A stretch of 64,000 bases of DNA from Phallusia mammillata (taxonomy: Eukaryota): the NCBI GenBank assembly GCA_965637545.1, contig OZ281497.1, forward strand, positions 22,754,001 through 22,818,000. Reading direction: 5' to 3'. The translations under genes and the position numbers were made by a program. The notes beneath the pieces are model-generated. The model ran no database searches. It saw nothing but the letters and a program-made list of their open reading frames with translations, and was not told the DNA's origin. Positions within the stretch are counted from its first letter, which is position 1. Every line of letters starts with the position of its first letter. Below, one piece after another: positions 12,725 to 26,477 of the stretch.

Positions 12725-14265
12725 ATGATGTCTGCTCACAGGTCAAGGTATAAACAAAATAGCAATATCAAAATGCGACCATGTGGTAATAAACTCAAAA
12801 TACATAACTAAATGAGGATGTATAATATATTGTACTTTTGTAATGTCCTGTTAGCTTGTTATATTAACAGTGTACGACTTCAAACTGTTTGTTTCAATGA
12901 TCAATCAAAACACATTTTCTTGCAGCTCGGATGAAATAGAAAAGAAGTTGATTGTAACCCTGAAACCACACCGCGAAACTGATCCAATTATCATGCTCAT
13001 ATCAGTGCTACTTTTGGAACTAAACTCAGATATTGGAGACGACGACGGATTGATACTCTTTAACACAAACATTACGTTAAGGTAAAATGCTCAAAATTGT
13101 GTTTTGTACGCCAAAAGAAAAGTAATCTGTCTTATAACAAAGGCTGCAGGCAAATTTACATTATATATTCGCCTAAAAGTCGCACCACCGTATAGGTCGC
13201 ACTGTTAGTTTTGTGTTTAAAAAGTGTAATTTGGAGTTGACTCGCACGTAAGTCGCACTGAAAATCTAGGGATTTAAAAGGCCCTTAGCCTAGCTTTTTT
13301 GCATAAATACCTGGAGCAATTGGTTGTTTTTTACCATTGAACTGCATTGCATTGAAACCGAAAAACTATGTTTTCTCAACAAAGCGGGAAAATCCAACGC
13401 ACGCTAATGTGCGTGTGCGCTCATGAAACTGTCTCGCATTGGTATGTGTGTGCACGAGCGCATGCACCCGTATTCGATAGCACATTTCCACTACAATTCG
13501 CGTCTATAACGCACATCCTTAATTTTTTATTAAAAATTAGTATGAAATTTTGAGCGTTATACTCGAATAAATGCGTTATATCCGCCCAATACGCTGACCG
13601 GAAAATACGGTACTTGCAATAGCCGAAAACTTTCAATTTTGTTCCGACTTGGTGGCGATTTGCACTTATGTCTCGCGTATAGGTAGCACCTATATCTTTT
13701 TTTAAATACAAGTAAAAAAGTTGCGACCTATACGCGAGTATATACGGTATATCTAAATATGGGCCCAATACATAGTCATATAGGGTGAGCATAATACCAC
13801 ATACCGCACTGACTTTGTTGTGATTTTTCAGATGTGGTTTACAGACGCCTGTTCGTTTGATATTGCAAAGTAACGAAGTCACAGTGAACAATCCACGTAA
13901 ACAAGATGTCGACGAGCGCTGTTTTGTGACTGCTCGCACAGAAAGACAATTTCGTTTGGAAAAGTCAGCCGATTCGTCGATGGAGACAAAACAGATATAC
14001 TTAACAGTGAAACAAGGAACGCGCCCCAATAAGTACCCGATATACCTCAGGTTAAACAAAGGTAGATTAATCGAAAATCTATTTAACAAAGAAATTGTCG
14101 TAATGTCGCTAATCTTAACTTTTGCTTTTGTATTGACCAAATGGCCTTCATAATACAACCTTGTCTTTAAACTCTGCAGCCCGTCAGACTGAAAACGAAG
14201 CACAGGCCATCTACAATGTCGAAACCCACCACATCGAAGTGATGAACGTTGGCACATCGAAGTGA
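12725..14265 (+). CDS. Small beta-domain family gene A (~160 aa)
   Basis: Four phase-consistent exons 12725-12741, 12926-13081, 13832-14061, 14180-14265: MMSAHSSDEIEKKLIVTLKPHRE..ILQSNEV..RQFRL..KQIYLTV..PIYLRLNK..GTSK*. Confidence 0.8.
13159..13747. mobile_element. Tc1/mariner-pogo-type MITE in intron 2 of gene A
   Basis: Right end GCGACCTATACGCGAGTATATACGG, degenerate left end CATTATATATTCGCCTAAAAGTCGC, TA on both sides. Confidence 0.5.
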
Positions 14266-15563
14266 TGAAAGCCGTTCACCAAAGTTGGATTTGTTTCAGT
14301 GCACCATCCTATCTGAGTGATGACGTAAAGATAACGACATGTATTGTATGTCGTCCATCCTAGCGGCCAACAAACGTAACAGGAGTATGGCGCCTTTATG
14401 CCACGGAACTTTACCAAACCTGGACAAATGACTTCGCAATTTTTGCAATCAACCTTCGCAAATGGCAGTTAACAGCTTTAGGACGTTGGAAGTATTGACC
14501 GCTGTTGCTTAAAATGCCTTATCTGATTTATAGTTTAACCGGACGTCGTGTAGGACAGATATTCACAAGGCTGTAGTTTGGGGTCGGTGTGTTTTGGTAT
14601 TTTGGTATTTTGGTCTAGAACTTCTTGAATTACCCCACCACCCATCTAATGTAGATAATTTTTGTAATTAATGTTTAAATTGAATAAAATTTGTATAGTT
14701 TATAGAATATAGAATATGCCTTCTCAGTCGTGAATTGCTGTGCTTCACCTTACTCCTCCACGATTTACCCCACTTGTCCTCTACGATGGGTGAATTTCGT
14801 AAACAGTTTTAAATGAGATAAAATTTGGTCAATTGATAAATATGCTTTTTGAGCTGTCGATTATTGTGTTTCACCCTATATCTTCACTACTTCTACAAGC
14901 AATATCTGAAGTGAATGAGATTGATTAGTTTGTACTTTGTATATAAAGTAGAGTGTTGTTTGCTGCGTTTATTCTCACAACATCAGACTTTCTGATAGTT
15001 GTGTTTCGAAAAGAAAAAACAATTTTAACAATGTGTAAAAACGTGGATCTATATAGGATATATAGGATATAAAGTAAATATAGGGGATATATAAGCTTTT
15101 TCGAGTAGTTTAGGTAGATGAGCAATCAGTAAGCGCTAACCCACCATAATTTTCCCAGCGAATATTCAATGATAAGCTTATTTTAAGTCCTGAACATTTT
15201 TATATTGTAAGTTACGAGTAGCATATTTTGTTTTAAAACTAGCTTACTAACATGTCATTGTTATAAGTTTCGAGTTAAAAGTAACGAGTTTAGCTGAGTG
15301 TAAAGATTGTAATTAACAATAAAACAGGGGTGGGCAAACTTTTTAGGCCAAGGGCCGCATTCTAAAGTTCTACACTTTATGGGGCCGCATAGTAACTTAT
15401 ATTAACCCAAAATGTTAACCTAGTAAATTTCCATCTAAACACAAATGCGTTTGTGGTCACTTCTAAACACAATTGACAAACATTGGTTAAAACGCAGCAA
15501 TCGTAATTGTTACTAAATAAACGGACATTTTAATGCAACATGGGCTACACTTAGAATATAATT

Positions 15564-16907
15564 GTCTTTTCTTGGACGGAGCGCGCTGGGACAGAAAGAA
15601 GCAAGACTGGGAATATTTGCTACCAAAATTGGTGGCGTTGTTTATCACTTCCAAACTACCACGAAGTCTGTTATAGTGTCCTTGTATAAGGAATGGGACG
15701 AAAGACGCAACACACGACATATGATGCGTATAAGATAGGATTACATAAGTTATGCTTCACAAGGCGGTTTACTCAGGAAATGATTCAGCACCGTGGAGTT
15801 TCTATTGTTTTAGTGGTGTCCTTGCCGAGAAACACCCAAGGCTTTGTTCGACACTGTTCCTATCAGAGTAAATCGGGCCGGTTTCGGGTTCAAGATGTTA
15901 GATTTTTTTTCAAAACGGGCTTGATTCGAGCATGACTTTACACTCTGTGACAGAATTTTTTATAGTACAGTTCGCCAGCTAAATAGCCAGTTTCTGGACC
16001 TGACCTAATGTCAAACAGCCATTGTACATTGTGTTCGTTATCTTGATCGTTTCTGAGGTTTCAATGTATAGGCATGTCCATAAAACTTTCGGTCCTAAAC
16101 GCGTTTCTTAAAAACGATTTGGGTTTGGGCCAGGTTTCGGGCTTGTACTTTCGGGTTCGGACAGGGTTCGGCAGGGTTTACAACTGTGGTTCCTATTATT
16201 TGATTGAAACCGAATCGCGTGGACAACATCAAAACAGGTATTACAAAACATAGGTGTGGGTCGGGTCCTGGGTTATGCCTAATTAAAAATTGCACTTCTC
16301 ACACTTTACTGTGTATACAATTTCCTGTAATTTTTTTCGCTTCTATTTTTAGCATGGTTTAGTAGTAATTTGCCTTAGAACTAACCTTTACAACCCAGTG
16401 GCAAAACTTAAGAACTAGAAATAAAAAAACAGAAAAATATAGGCAAAAATACCGTTTGGGAATCAGAATCAAAAATTAAAATTTACTGAAAAAGTAAATT
16501 GGTTGATACAGTATAACCGCTGGGTGTTGCCGTTACATGTTTGCCCCATATTTCTACTCGGTTTGGGGGATGTTTGTCGTGATATTTTTCGGTTTTCTTT
16601 TTATCGCGATGTAGACGCGTTGGTTTGCTGTGCAGTAGTTGTTTTTAGCCTAGCTAACAGAACCTGAGTAAAGGAGCTGTTGATGGTCCTGTGCTTCAGG
16701 ATGTTTTGAGTTTGTTGTTTTTGAACTAACCGCACTAACAGAACGTTGTTTTTGAATTGTCGTTGTTCCAAAGAGTTTTTTCTGGGCTTAAGGTTAATGT
16801 GCATACATATTCCAATGTATGATGATAAGTTGAACTTAAACAGAGCATTTCAAGCTCATTAAACAGACCGTAAATAAAACTTTTAAGGGTGCTGCGAAGG
16901 ATAGGAT
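15564..16907 (+). pseudogene. Decayed, internally deleted duplicate of the dynein 3' end and downstream flank
   Basis: Colinear matches to ~4183-4235, 4645-4695, 4835-5090 and 5760-6394. Last dynein exon is missing, and the copy of exon 4929-5020 is split by a MITE. Confidence 0.88.
15864..16188. mobile_element. hAT-type MITE inserted in the duplicated dynein exon
   Basis: Exact 8-bp TSD GTTCCTAT (15856-15863, 16189-16196), single in the parent exon near 4975. Imperfect TIRs CAGAGT.. / ..ACAACTGTG; subterminal TTCGGG repeats. Confidence 0.8.
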
Positions 16908-18931
16908 TACTCAAACCCGACCAACTTTTCGTTTTGTAGCATCTTGTTACATTGTTCTTAACCCTAACATGATGTTTTAAAGTTTTTTTAAAAAAAAATA
17001 TTTGTTTGTTTTGAAGAGCTACAAACTACGGAACAGAAAACGATATTTTCGGTCGGTTACCCTAGGGCCTAGGCTATAAACTGCTCGTAGCGGCAACATT
17101 AGTCAAACACTACCAAAATAAAACTCAAACTTAGAACGATTGACTCCTTTTGTAACGCAAATATGTAATGAAAAGGAAGGATCCAAACACTCACATACAA
17201 AACTGCACCATGGCAACTATAAAAAAGAAGAAAGAAAACAGAAAGAGGTTTTGACCTGATGTTGTAATCAGGTAAAAGTAACAAGGCCAGGAAACTAAGC
17301 GATCAAGTTTGCCTATATTATTGATAGAACCATTAGTGGGGTCACATTTCAAAATATTGGCGTACAATCTGTTAAAAGGAACGATTGTTGTCTGTGGAAC
17401 TAAACAACGCAAAATAGACAACCCCGCTAACAAAAGAAGTGTTGTCTCAACATTTGCTGTTGGTGGTTTTTGGCTTCAACACGTTCTTTAATTAGAGTAT
17501 TTGAAAACGTAACATTTGTGGAAAACTTTTAAATGTTATTAGGTTTTTAAGCTTGCTTCCATTATTGTAAAACTGAAAACGTAGTTAATCAATATGTTAC
17601 ACCCCAACGCTTACAAGATACCACTGATTACAGAAGATTTCATCAACAGGGGAATCTAACATTTTGTAAAGGACATGCAATGTATACACGAACAGTAGAC
17701 AGTACGTCGAGCAACTTCAAACACAACCAAAGAAGCAAAATTTAAATGTCATAAAGTTATTTGTATTGACTGTTTTTTTTTTGACAAATGGCGTCGCAAC
17801 ACTGGGGTGACCTCCAACGACTACAAAAAATGATTAAACTGTAGACAGCTGTTTTGAAGTTGTTTACATCAATTTAAATACTGTGAACAAGCCGAATTTT
17901 GTTACTTTAACGGCTTTTTTCCTTTGAAAATGCATTATTGCGTAATTTAAATCACTCTGTGTAGAAAAAGTACTCATCAGTGAAGTTATAATTAAAAAAA
18001 ATACTTCTTGAACTGCGTTTAGTACAAACTGTAGGTACTTGGAGTAAAGCATAAGCTTGTGAGTATTTTAAATGATGGATAGGTATAAAATACATTTTAG
18101 AAAAAGTCGGCATGTTTGGACTTTGCGATCAGAAGCGAATAACAAGGCCGAAAAACTAAGTAACCCAACATACTTTAATAATAGTAGTAGTGTTATTGGA
18201 CTCGCAGTTCATAACATAAACTTACAATCTGTTAAATAGAACAAGGGGGGGGTAGCTTGAGGAACAAGTATAAACAAAAACACAGAAACCCACGTACACA
18301 TGTAATACGAAACAGAGTGTTTTGCCACAGCGGCTGTTGTTAGTTGTCGGGTTCAACATCAGACTTTGGTTGTGCGTATTTCGAAACGAAATAATTTAAT
18401 TGTGGGAAACGTTGTTAGGCTAAATTTTTAACCAAACTATTCCGAAACAAACGTTTGACTTTTTTGAATGGCGGTTTTCAAACCAAGCCGAGGTACTTGA
18501 CCACAAGCCAAAGCCGAATCATGCTTACTAGACCAAACAAGGCCAAAACAACAGTCAGAGAGTTGCACAATATGTCATACAACTTTTTCGTGTATACAGG
18601 CTAAGTGCTTATTTAAGAACAGCATTACCTATCGTCTCGTCAAAATAGTCGCATCCAAGGTCGATACGTTAGCGTGTGTGGTATTACGTAACGTTACCAA
18701 AATAAGTTCATCAATTTACTGTCTATGTTTTTATATTGATTAGAACGTTTTTTAAAACAATATACGTTGATCTGAGGTGTCTGTGACTTTTACACGCTTT
18801 TGATCGGAATTTTGTCAATCATCAAGGTAAGTTGATTGTGACCTAATACTATATGAGGCTGACATGTACAGCACACGCGACAGGCCACAGTGCTCTTGAT
18901 TCGTCCTTACCCCTACGGGTGTACCCTAGCC

Positions 18932-19183
18932 CAGGGGTGCACAACCTTTTCGCCACGACTGCCACATCATTATACAGTTCGTCATTTAAACTATGTTTTT
19001 CGTTTGCGTATTAATAATGTAAAGATGTAGGATAATGTAAAGATCATGTAAATAATGTAAAGATCATCAGATTTCGTCAACTGGTGAAAGTAGATGCCCA
19101 ATTTTTAAAATTGTAATCAACTAGCGGCCGCCGTAGCATATACTTTAACAAACATGTTTACGGTCCCTGGTTGTGCACCCCTT
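18932..19183. mobile_element. Old hAT (Charlie-like) MITE
   Basis: TIRs AGGGGTGCACAACC / GGTTGTGCACCCCT. Both flanks are NNCTAGNN but no longer identical. Confidence 0.55.
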
Positions 19184-20071
19184 TTCTAGAATTAATGTTA
19201 AAAGACACTGAAGTGACATATTTAAAAAACCGGGGAACAAACACTAGTGTGCCCAATAAATTATTCGCGCGTTGACATATGCTTTGTTCTTGCTTCCCTT
19301 TCTATGCTTTCCTTGTTGTAAAGTTGTATGAATCTCCTTCTCCCCGAGATTAACTCAAAGATAAAGCGCATTGTAGAGTTTTTTGTTAGGAGAATCGCAT
19401 TTGCAGTTTACACACAAGCAAAAGTGGGGAAACACCCCGATCACAGCGTGCAGTAGGGCGGAAGTTGTTTGACTGACTTTGCTCAGCTGGCGAGTAAAAC
19501 CAACTGTGCGAGCTGAAACTTCACTAGCATCAAGTAAAGCTAAGCAATCTTGCACCAAAAGTAGCATAGGCAACTGTTTAGCAATTGGGTTGACTTACAA
19601 TCAGTTTAGGACAGGCAATACCATGCGTGTTTAGTTAGTTTAACCAATAGTAAAAACTGAACAACGTAAGAGTTTTGTTGCAAAACAATATAATAATAAG
19701 TAAAAGTTCCAGACTTCTAACATTTGGCGTAAAGGTCACGTAATTTAAGTAAAATGTTTTCATGTTTCCATTGTTACAAGGCTAAATTTTAGTAAGTGTG
19801 ATACAGTCAGCAGCTGGCTCAAAATTGCTTTATTTAGTGTTTGGTCAGATATTTGAAATAAATTTTCTTCACAACAGAGCAATAACTTAATGCCAATGCA
19901 CTTGGTCTGTTTGTTTATGCAATAACTTTTTACCTACTTCTGTGATAACGATTGGCAGCGTTTTCTTAGTCATGTAAGGATTTTAATGTAACTGTCAAAA
20001 GAAGAGCTTTCAACAAGCTTCTGAAGCTCTGTGTAAACTGCTACACTTGCTATTAAGGAAAGACTTGATAA

Positions 20072-22181
20072 ATGACTGACAGGTCCGGAAAAATTGATGT
20101 TTTAATTTGTAACGGTTTTTGTATTCAGTTTCATTTAAGTAACGTTTAGGCAAAACAAATTAACGATTTTAAACCGATTTCACTAAAATTTTACCAAAGT
20201 CATGGTTTGAATATGTTTTAACGGAAAACATAAAGAATAACTTGGTTGTTTTTTTTATGAGCTAAAAATGCTGATTATTAAATGGATTTAAACAGTTGCG
20301 CTACTTGGTTGTGGTGCTTTGTACTTTTTGTTCGAAAGATTAAATAAACTGCATAACAGTTAAAAAGACGCATAAATAGCATACATAGTCAGCAATTCAC
20401 ATAGCACACGAAAAGCAAATGCGTCATGCGAAATCGGACACTTAACACATAACAAATCACGTGACTGTGGAATACGTGTACGCTATTCACTGCCTCACGG
20501 AAAGCAAAAAAGATGTAGCCACAAACGCAATATCTATGAAATTTTAGTTTTTCTGGAGATAAGAAGCTGGTGGTGAGCGTCATTACTCCAGCTGAACCGG
20601 ATCCTCCGAATCTCATCGTTTTGGTTCTTCTGTTGAATACCACGAGCAGTGTGTGTGACAGTGACGGTCAACAAATCTACCACATTCAATTTCGATTAAG
20701 GTTAAGTTTTTGCAAAATTGTAACTGATTTCACAACTGTTGGCTAATTGTATTGAATACAATTCCAAATCATATAGACCAGGGCTTCCCAAACTTTTTTG
20801 ATCGCGACCCCTCTTAACTCTTTAAATTTTCCGCGACCCTGCACGAATAACATGATAAACAATGCAAAAAAATACGTTTGTTGTTTTTATTGAAACGACT
20901 AATTCGAGCGTAAACGAAAAACAACAAAACGGTACTCAGAGTCTACTACTTTACACGTCCAAACACCGATACCTTGTACGTGCTTTAGCCTTTAGTTTTG
21001 TCACATTGTTTTGCAAATAGGCACTACTTGCACCAAGTTTAGGCCGTTGCAGTGCTTTGCAAACGGACATTAAATACTGCTTAAAGATCGAAAATTAATT
21101 ACCTATTTTTATCAGAGAACGTTATTGCGCCACACAATACTTAAACGTTAGTCTACAACTCTATATGTCATCTTTATGTTGCATTAAAATGCCTGTGTAT
21201 TTCAAACCAATTGCAAGTGTTGCGTTTCAACCGACGTTTGTTCGATCAATGGCGTCACTACAACCGCGTTTGCTGTTAGCTGTTTTAAAACTGACGTAAC
21301 TTGAACAAAAATGACATTGTGACGTTATACAAAGGTCAAGGCCGGGAGTGTGCGGCATCCCCGTACTTTACGCCAGTGTATGGAGTACTTTCTTCAAAAT
21401 TGGTACAGCTCTTTGCGACCCCTCAAGTTTGTAAAGCGACCCCTTCCGGGGTCGCGACCCCCAGTTTGGGAAGCCCTGATATAGACTACATGTATATACA
21501 TATGCACTTATAAGATTGCTTTACAAAAGCCTTAATGGCTTATTAATAAAATTGAATAGTGAGTCCTAAATCATGCTTAACGGCCACTTATCGGTGGTCA
21601 CCCACCAAACCAACAACATTTTGCTTTAATCCTGTTGAGCTTTTAAAATTCCTATTGGCACCTTAAAACATTTGGCAGTGAAAGAAAACGGTTGAACATG
21701 TTTTATATATTCAGGCAAACGGAAGACAATCTCAATCTTCCTGTGTTGAGTATAGTGTTGGAAAGTGATGAAGTTGTTGTCGATCAACCAAATAGGCACG
21801 ACATCGATAGAGAGAGTTACACGAGCAACCGGTTTGAAGTTCAATTCCGTCTTGGCAAGTTAAACGATATGTCAATGAAAGAAAAACAGATTTTTCTCAC
21901 GATACAATATGGAGATTATTCACAGCGATCCCCAATCTACCTGCGTTGGAATAAGGGTGAGTGTAATGATACAAAATTATTTCCTTACTGATTTGGCATC
22001 AATACAGATGCCTGTTGTTTAAGATTTATCTGATTGTTGTTTAAGATGAAAATTTTGTCCTGAACGATTTTAGATTTATTTACACAATACATTACTTACA
22101 TTACTCTGTTTGTTTGTTTCAGGTCAAGCTTATGAGGATTCACGTGAACCACGCATCAGTCATCTTAACTTCCATGTCTAA
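20072..22181 (+). CDS. Small beta-domain family gene B (~155 aa)
   Basis: Exons 20072-20082, 20548-20700, 21715-21956, 22123-22181: MTDSFSGDKKLVVSVITPAEPDPPNLIVLVLLL..LESDEVVVDQP..NRFEVQFRL..KEKQIFLTIQYG..LNFHV*. Confidence 0.85.
20779..21478. mobile_element. hAT (Charlie-like) MITE, 700 bp, in intron 2 of gene B
   Basis: Perfect 16-bp TIR CAGGGCTTCCCAAACT and perfect 8-bp TSD ATATAGAC (20771-20778, 21479-21486). Confidence 0.92.
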
Positions 22182-24445
22182 TAGAATACCACAGTGCTAA
22201 GTAAAAACGTCTCTGACTTCAGTCACCCCAGTTAGTTTATAAAACCAGACACAACATGAGTACTTGTTTTAATCATACTGTCCGTTTTTATTGTGTTGCC
22301 GCTGTTCTACGTGGTCAATCACTGAATTTAGCTTCATGAAGAAAAGAGAACGAATAAACTGCATACAATTCCAAAAGCGCATAGCGTCGGTCAAAAAGGG
22401 TTTAACTCGAACGAAAAGATTAAAAGTGATTTACACATATTAATTTGTCTAAAACTTTTTGTCTAGTTAACATGACTTGTCAAGCCTACCTCGTGCACCA
22501 CATCTGACTAAAGAATCACAAACACACTATGTCAGTGTTTTTAGTTTGTTTTAGTCGCGGAACCATTTTATACGGGAAAAAATTGCGGCACCTCACCATA
22601 ATGTATATGAAACAAATAAACCAGCTGTTTGAAAAGAAAAAAATCAACAAAAAAGAAGCAAAAGGGAAGAAAAACAACATACAACTTTTCAAGGGAACGA
22701 ACTTAAAAAGCAGCTTGACTAAAAACAAACCTGCCAGAAATCTTGTAAGTTATGTAAATGCACTGTAATATGGGGTTTTTAACTCTCTGTCGTACACTTT
22801 AAAACAAATAGTACCCATAACATAAATAAGCGCCAAATTTCGGGGCGGCTGGTTAAAAAAATGCAATTTAGTAGACAAATTTTATGACGTAAAAACGTTG
22901 CAGTTTAGCTTTGGCGCTCACATTTTGGGGTCAAATCACAACGGATTTGAATGAAACTTGCAGGAAATGCAAATAAGGGTCATTACTTTGCACAGAAAAA
23001 ATATCTACTTAAAACCACCTAATGGTGAAAATTGATAAACGATTAAATGTTATTACTGCCAAATTACATTTTGGAATAATTACGATCTTCAGTTTATCTT
23101 TAAAAAACGCAAAAAATTAACACTTAAATGCAATGAATCACACATATATGCAATTATGAGGAATTTAGGCTTCTATATTGTAAAAATAAAAATAAAACAT
23201 TGATTCTGAGCGAAATATTAAACATACGAAATTGAATATTGCCATAACGACCAATGCTTATCCTATTTTGAGGCGGATTTTTAGCTATTGTGTTGAAACG
23301 GGAAAAGGGCCACTGGCATATTCTTTTTCTGCAAAGCATGTCGTTTACAAAAAGCCCTAACTCGTTATTCTAATTTCGGGGCCACTGCTCCCAATATTCA
23401 CTTGAACTTTAAAACTCGCGCATATTGCCGCCGTCCCGCTCGCCAGCAAACAATGACGCGCGACCGATCAAAATGACCAAAAAAGGGTTCACTTTCGACC
23501 TCAATATCTCGCGAACCAAACAAAGCTGAACAGAAAAATTTGCACACCATACTTTTCAAGGCATTAACAAACCATCGATGGCACTCGCTTAAAAAATGAT
23601 CGAAACCACAAATATTATTACGCTAATGAATATGACTGCTCAATGCTCTTTACTACGTTTCGAGGCATAAAAGCCACTGGCATATTCTTTTTCTGCAGAG
23701 CATGCCGTTTTCAAAAAGCCCTAACTCGTTACCCTAATTTCGGGGCCACTGCTCCGTTCCGATCGGACCTCCTCGCGAGGCGTCCGCGAAAACGCTGAAA
23801 AAATTGCTGAGTCATTTCTTATTGCGTCCGATCGGACAGCAATAGCGGAAAAGTCCGATTGGACCAACGGCCATGGAAACGGGTTATTGGAGAGCACACT
23901 CGATTGTGCATGCTGGCACTTTCATCAGCTTGAAATAAAGTTAAACAGCAGTGCTTCTCTATGTGCCACGAAAAACAGGATAGCTAAGTGTTTTGCAGTG
24001 TTTTTAGAGAGGTTAACTCACAGTTTAGCTTTAGGCCAGGTAGCACAACGCATACTTTGTTACTTTTACGAGCAGGACTAAGCACCTGCGTACAAAACAG
24101 GCGTTTTACTGCACAATTAAAGTTAATCATTCAAAATATGAAATCCGTTAAAAATCAGCGTAAAAGTGACATCGTTTAAGTTAACCTTTTTGCCAGTGCT
24201 ACATAGACAACTGCTAGCTGTTTGCTAAAAGTTGCTCTATTTTAGTGTTTGGTCAAAAAGTTTGGAAGTATTTATGCACATGTCATATCACCAGTTTTCG
24301 TTAATACCACCTGTCGTGTGCTAGTTTAGCTTGTGCTTCTGTGTTACTAACTGGTGCCTTTTTCAAGGTAAAACTGTTAATGGGAGAGTTTTAATAGAGC
24401 GCGGCCAAATTTCGAAGTTTTATGTGCAAAGAAAAACTTGAAAAA

Positions 24446-26477
24446 ATGGCTGACAGGTTAGTACGACTTCATAATATTATGTTGTAATATTCTGTATAAC
24501 GTTTTGATTAAGTCATGTTTAGGCAAAATAGGATTAAGCGAAAAACAAATCAAAAAAAGCCACTTCATTTTTCATGAAACTATCCTTTTAGATGTGGCCA
24601 AATAGATATGATCGGTTGTTTTATGTTAGCTGCAAATGCTGTCAATCCTATTACAGATCAGTATTAACGAGCAGTATTTCTTTAAATTTTATAGTTTTCC
24701 TGACGATAAGAAATTGGTGGTGAGGATTGTACCCCCAACGAAACCGGATCCTCAGAATGTAATCGTCTTGGTTGATCTGTTGAAGACGACAGGCAATATT
24801 TGTGCCAGTGATGGACAACAGATATATCACATCGACTTCAAAATAAGGTTTTGTTTTGCAAAGTTGTAACAAACACCAACTGTTAAATGAGAGATTTCTT
24901 ATATGCATACTATTTAGCAATATCATGAGGCTAAATCAGTTAGCTATCGTGTACAGAACAAATATATATGTTTTAAATATATTTGTGCTGCATACAACAT
25001 GGTCAACTAATTTTAGCTTCAAAATAAACGTTTCTAAACTTGTGATATATATTATAAGGGTGGAAATCGTTACAAGAATAGATAACAGAATATGGAATGA
25101 TTCCCAGAATCAATTTACTAGGATTTATGACCAATATCATAAGATTTATATATGTATACTCTGCGTTTAAGACTCACATGCACAATCTGAGCAAATAAAT
25201 ATTTGCAAAAACACTGAAATATGTTCAGACATAATTTGTTGTCAATCACAACTTAAACTGACACAAAACAAAAAGGCTAAACTTAACAAAAAATAAATGT
25301 TTTAAACCGAATCCTTAATATCACAACGATTCACCAACGTTTTGAATCAACTTTAATATGGGGTGGTGTTTAACGAATTAATACTAGGTTTATTTAATTT
25401 TTATACTGAGTTGATAGAATTTGTTGTTCGTGTTATTGTAGCAACGCGCGTCGTTTGAAGTTTGATGGCTATTCAGGTATAACGTGCAACGAGCAAAATA
25501 TTGTTTGTCCGATAGCTTCCTAAATTTTTAATTGCAGTATCGGCCTTTTGTCCTCTTGGTAACTATACTTATTGTGTCCGAAAGTTCTTTTGTCTATGTG
25601 TTTACTCAGAGCGTGTTTGTCCAGCAAACGTACTTTGTTCGGCAGTTGCTCTAAGCTACTGTACGTTAGGATGGACAATGCATGTCAGTATGTTACTACC
25701 CAAACATTGAGCGTTAGCAAACGGTATTTTGTCAAATCGTTGACGATCGTTTAGAGTAGAATCATTAAAAAAATAACAAAGCTTCTGCAACGTTTAATAT
25801 ATCTAATCGAAAACCCGCAAAGGCTAAGTCTTAAATCTTACAGCTCAAATTCTTTTTACCAATACATCTCTTTTGTGTTTGGGATAACGAACCCCTTTTC
25901 TTTTTAACCGCGACAACGTTTTTGCAACTTACTAACTTTTTGTCCACGTGTAAAATAATATTATTTTATTTTTTGTAAACCACCTATCCGTGTAAGCTTT
26001 TTTTCCAAGGTAAAACGCTCACGTTACACTTTCAGGCAAACAGCAGACGATGTTCAACCTCCTATGTTGAATATAATGTTGGAAAGTGATGAAGTTGTTG
26101 TTGATCAACCAAGTAAACATGGAATCGATAAAGACAGCTACACGAAAAATCGGTTTGAAGTCCAGTTCCGTCTTCGAAAGTTGGACGACTTGCCAATGAA
26201 AGAAAAACAGATTTTTCTGACCATACAATATGGAGATTATTTAAAACGATCCCCAATTTACCTTCGTTGGAATAAGGGTGAGTGTTTTCTTACATAATTT
26301 AAATTTAATTTGCTAATTTGGTCGTATTTAGGAGAAAATTTTACTGATGTTTAAGATCTATTTTCGACCTGAACAAGTGTAGTTTATTTTACTGAATATA
26401 TACCTTTTTTGGTTTCAGCTGAAGATAATGTGCACTCACGTGAGCCACGCACCAATCGTCTCAACTTTCATGTGTAA
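24446..26477 (+). CDS. Small beta-domain family gene C, close paralog of B
   Basis: Exons 24446-24456, 24695-24847, 26036-26277, 26419-26477, same intron phases as B: MADSFPDDKKLVVRIVPP..LESDEVVVDQP..LNFHV*. Confidence 0.85.

Noticed and set aside
13421-14257. 278-aa minus-strand ORF
   Set aside because: It is antisense to gene A exons 3-4 and runs through a MITE; no recognisable domain.
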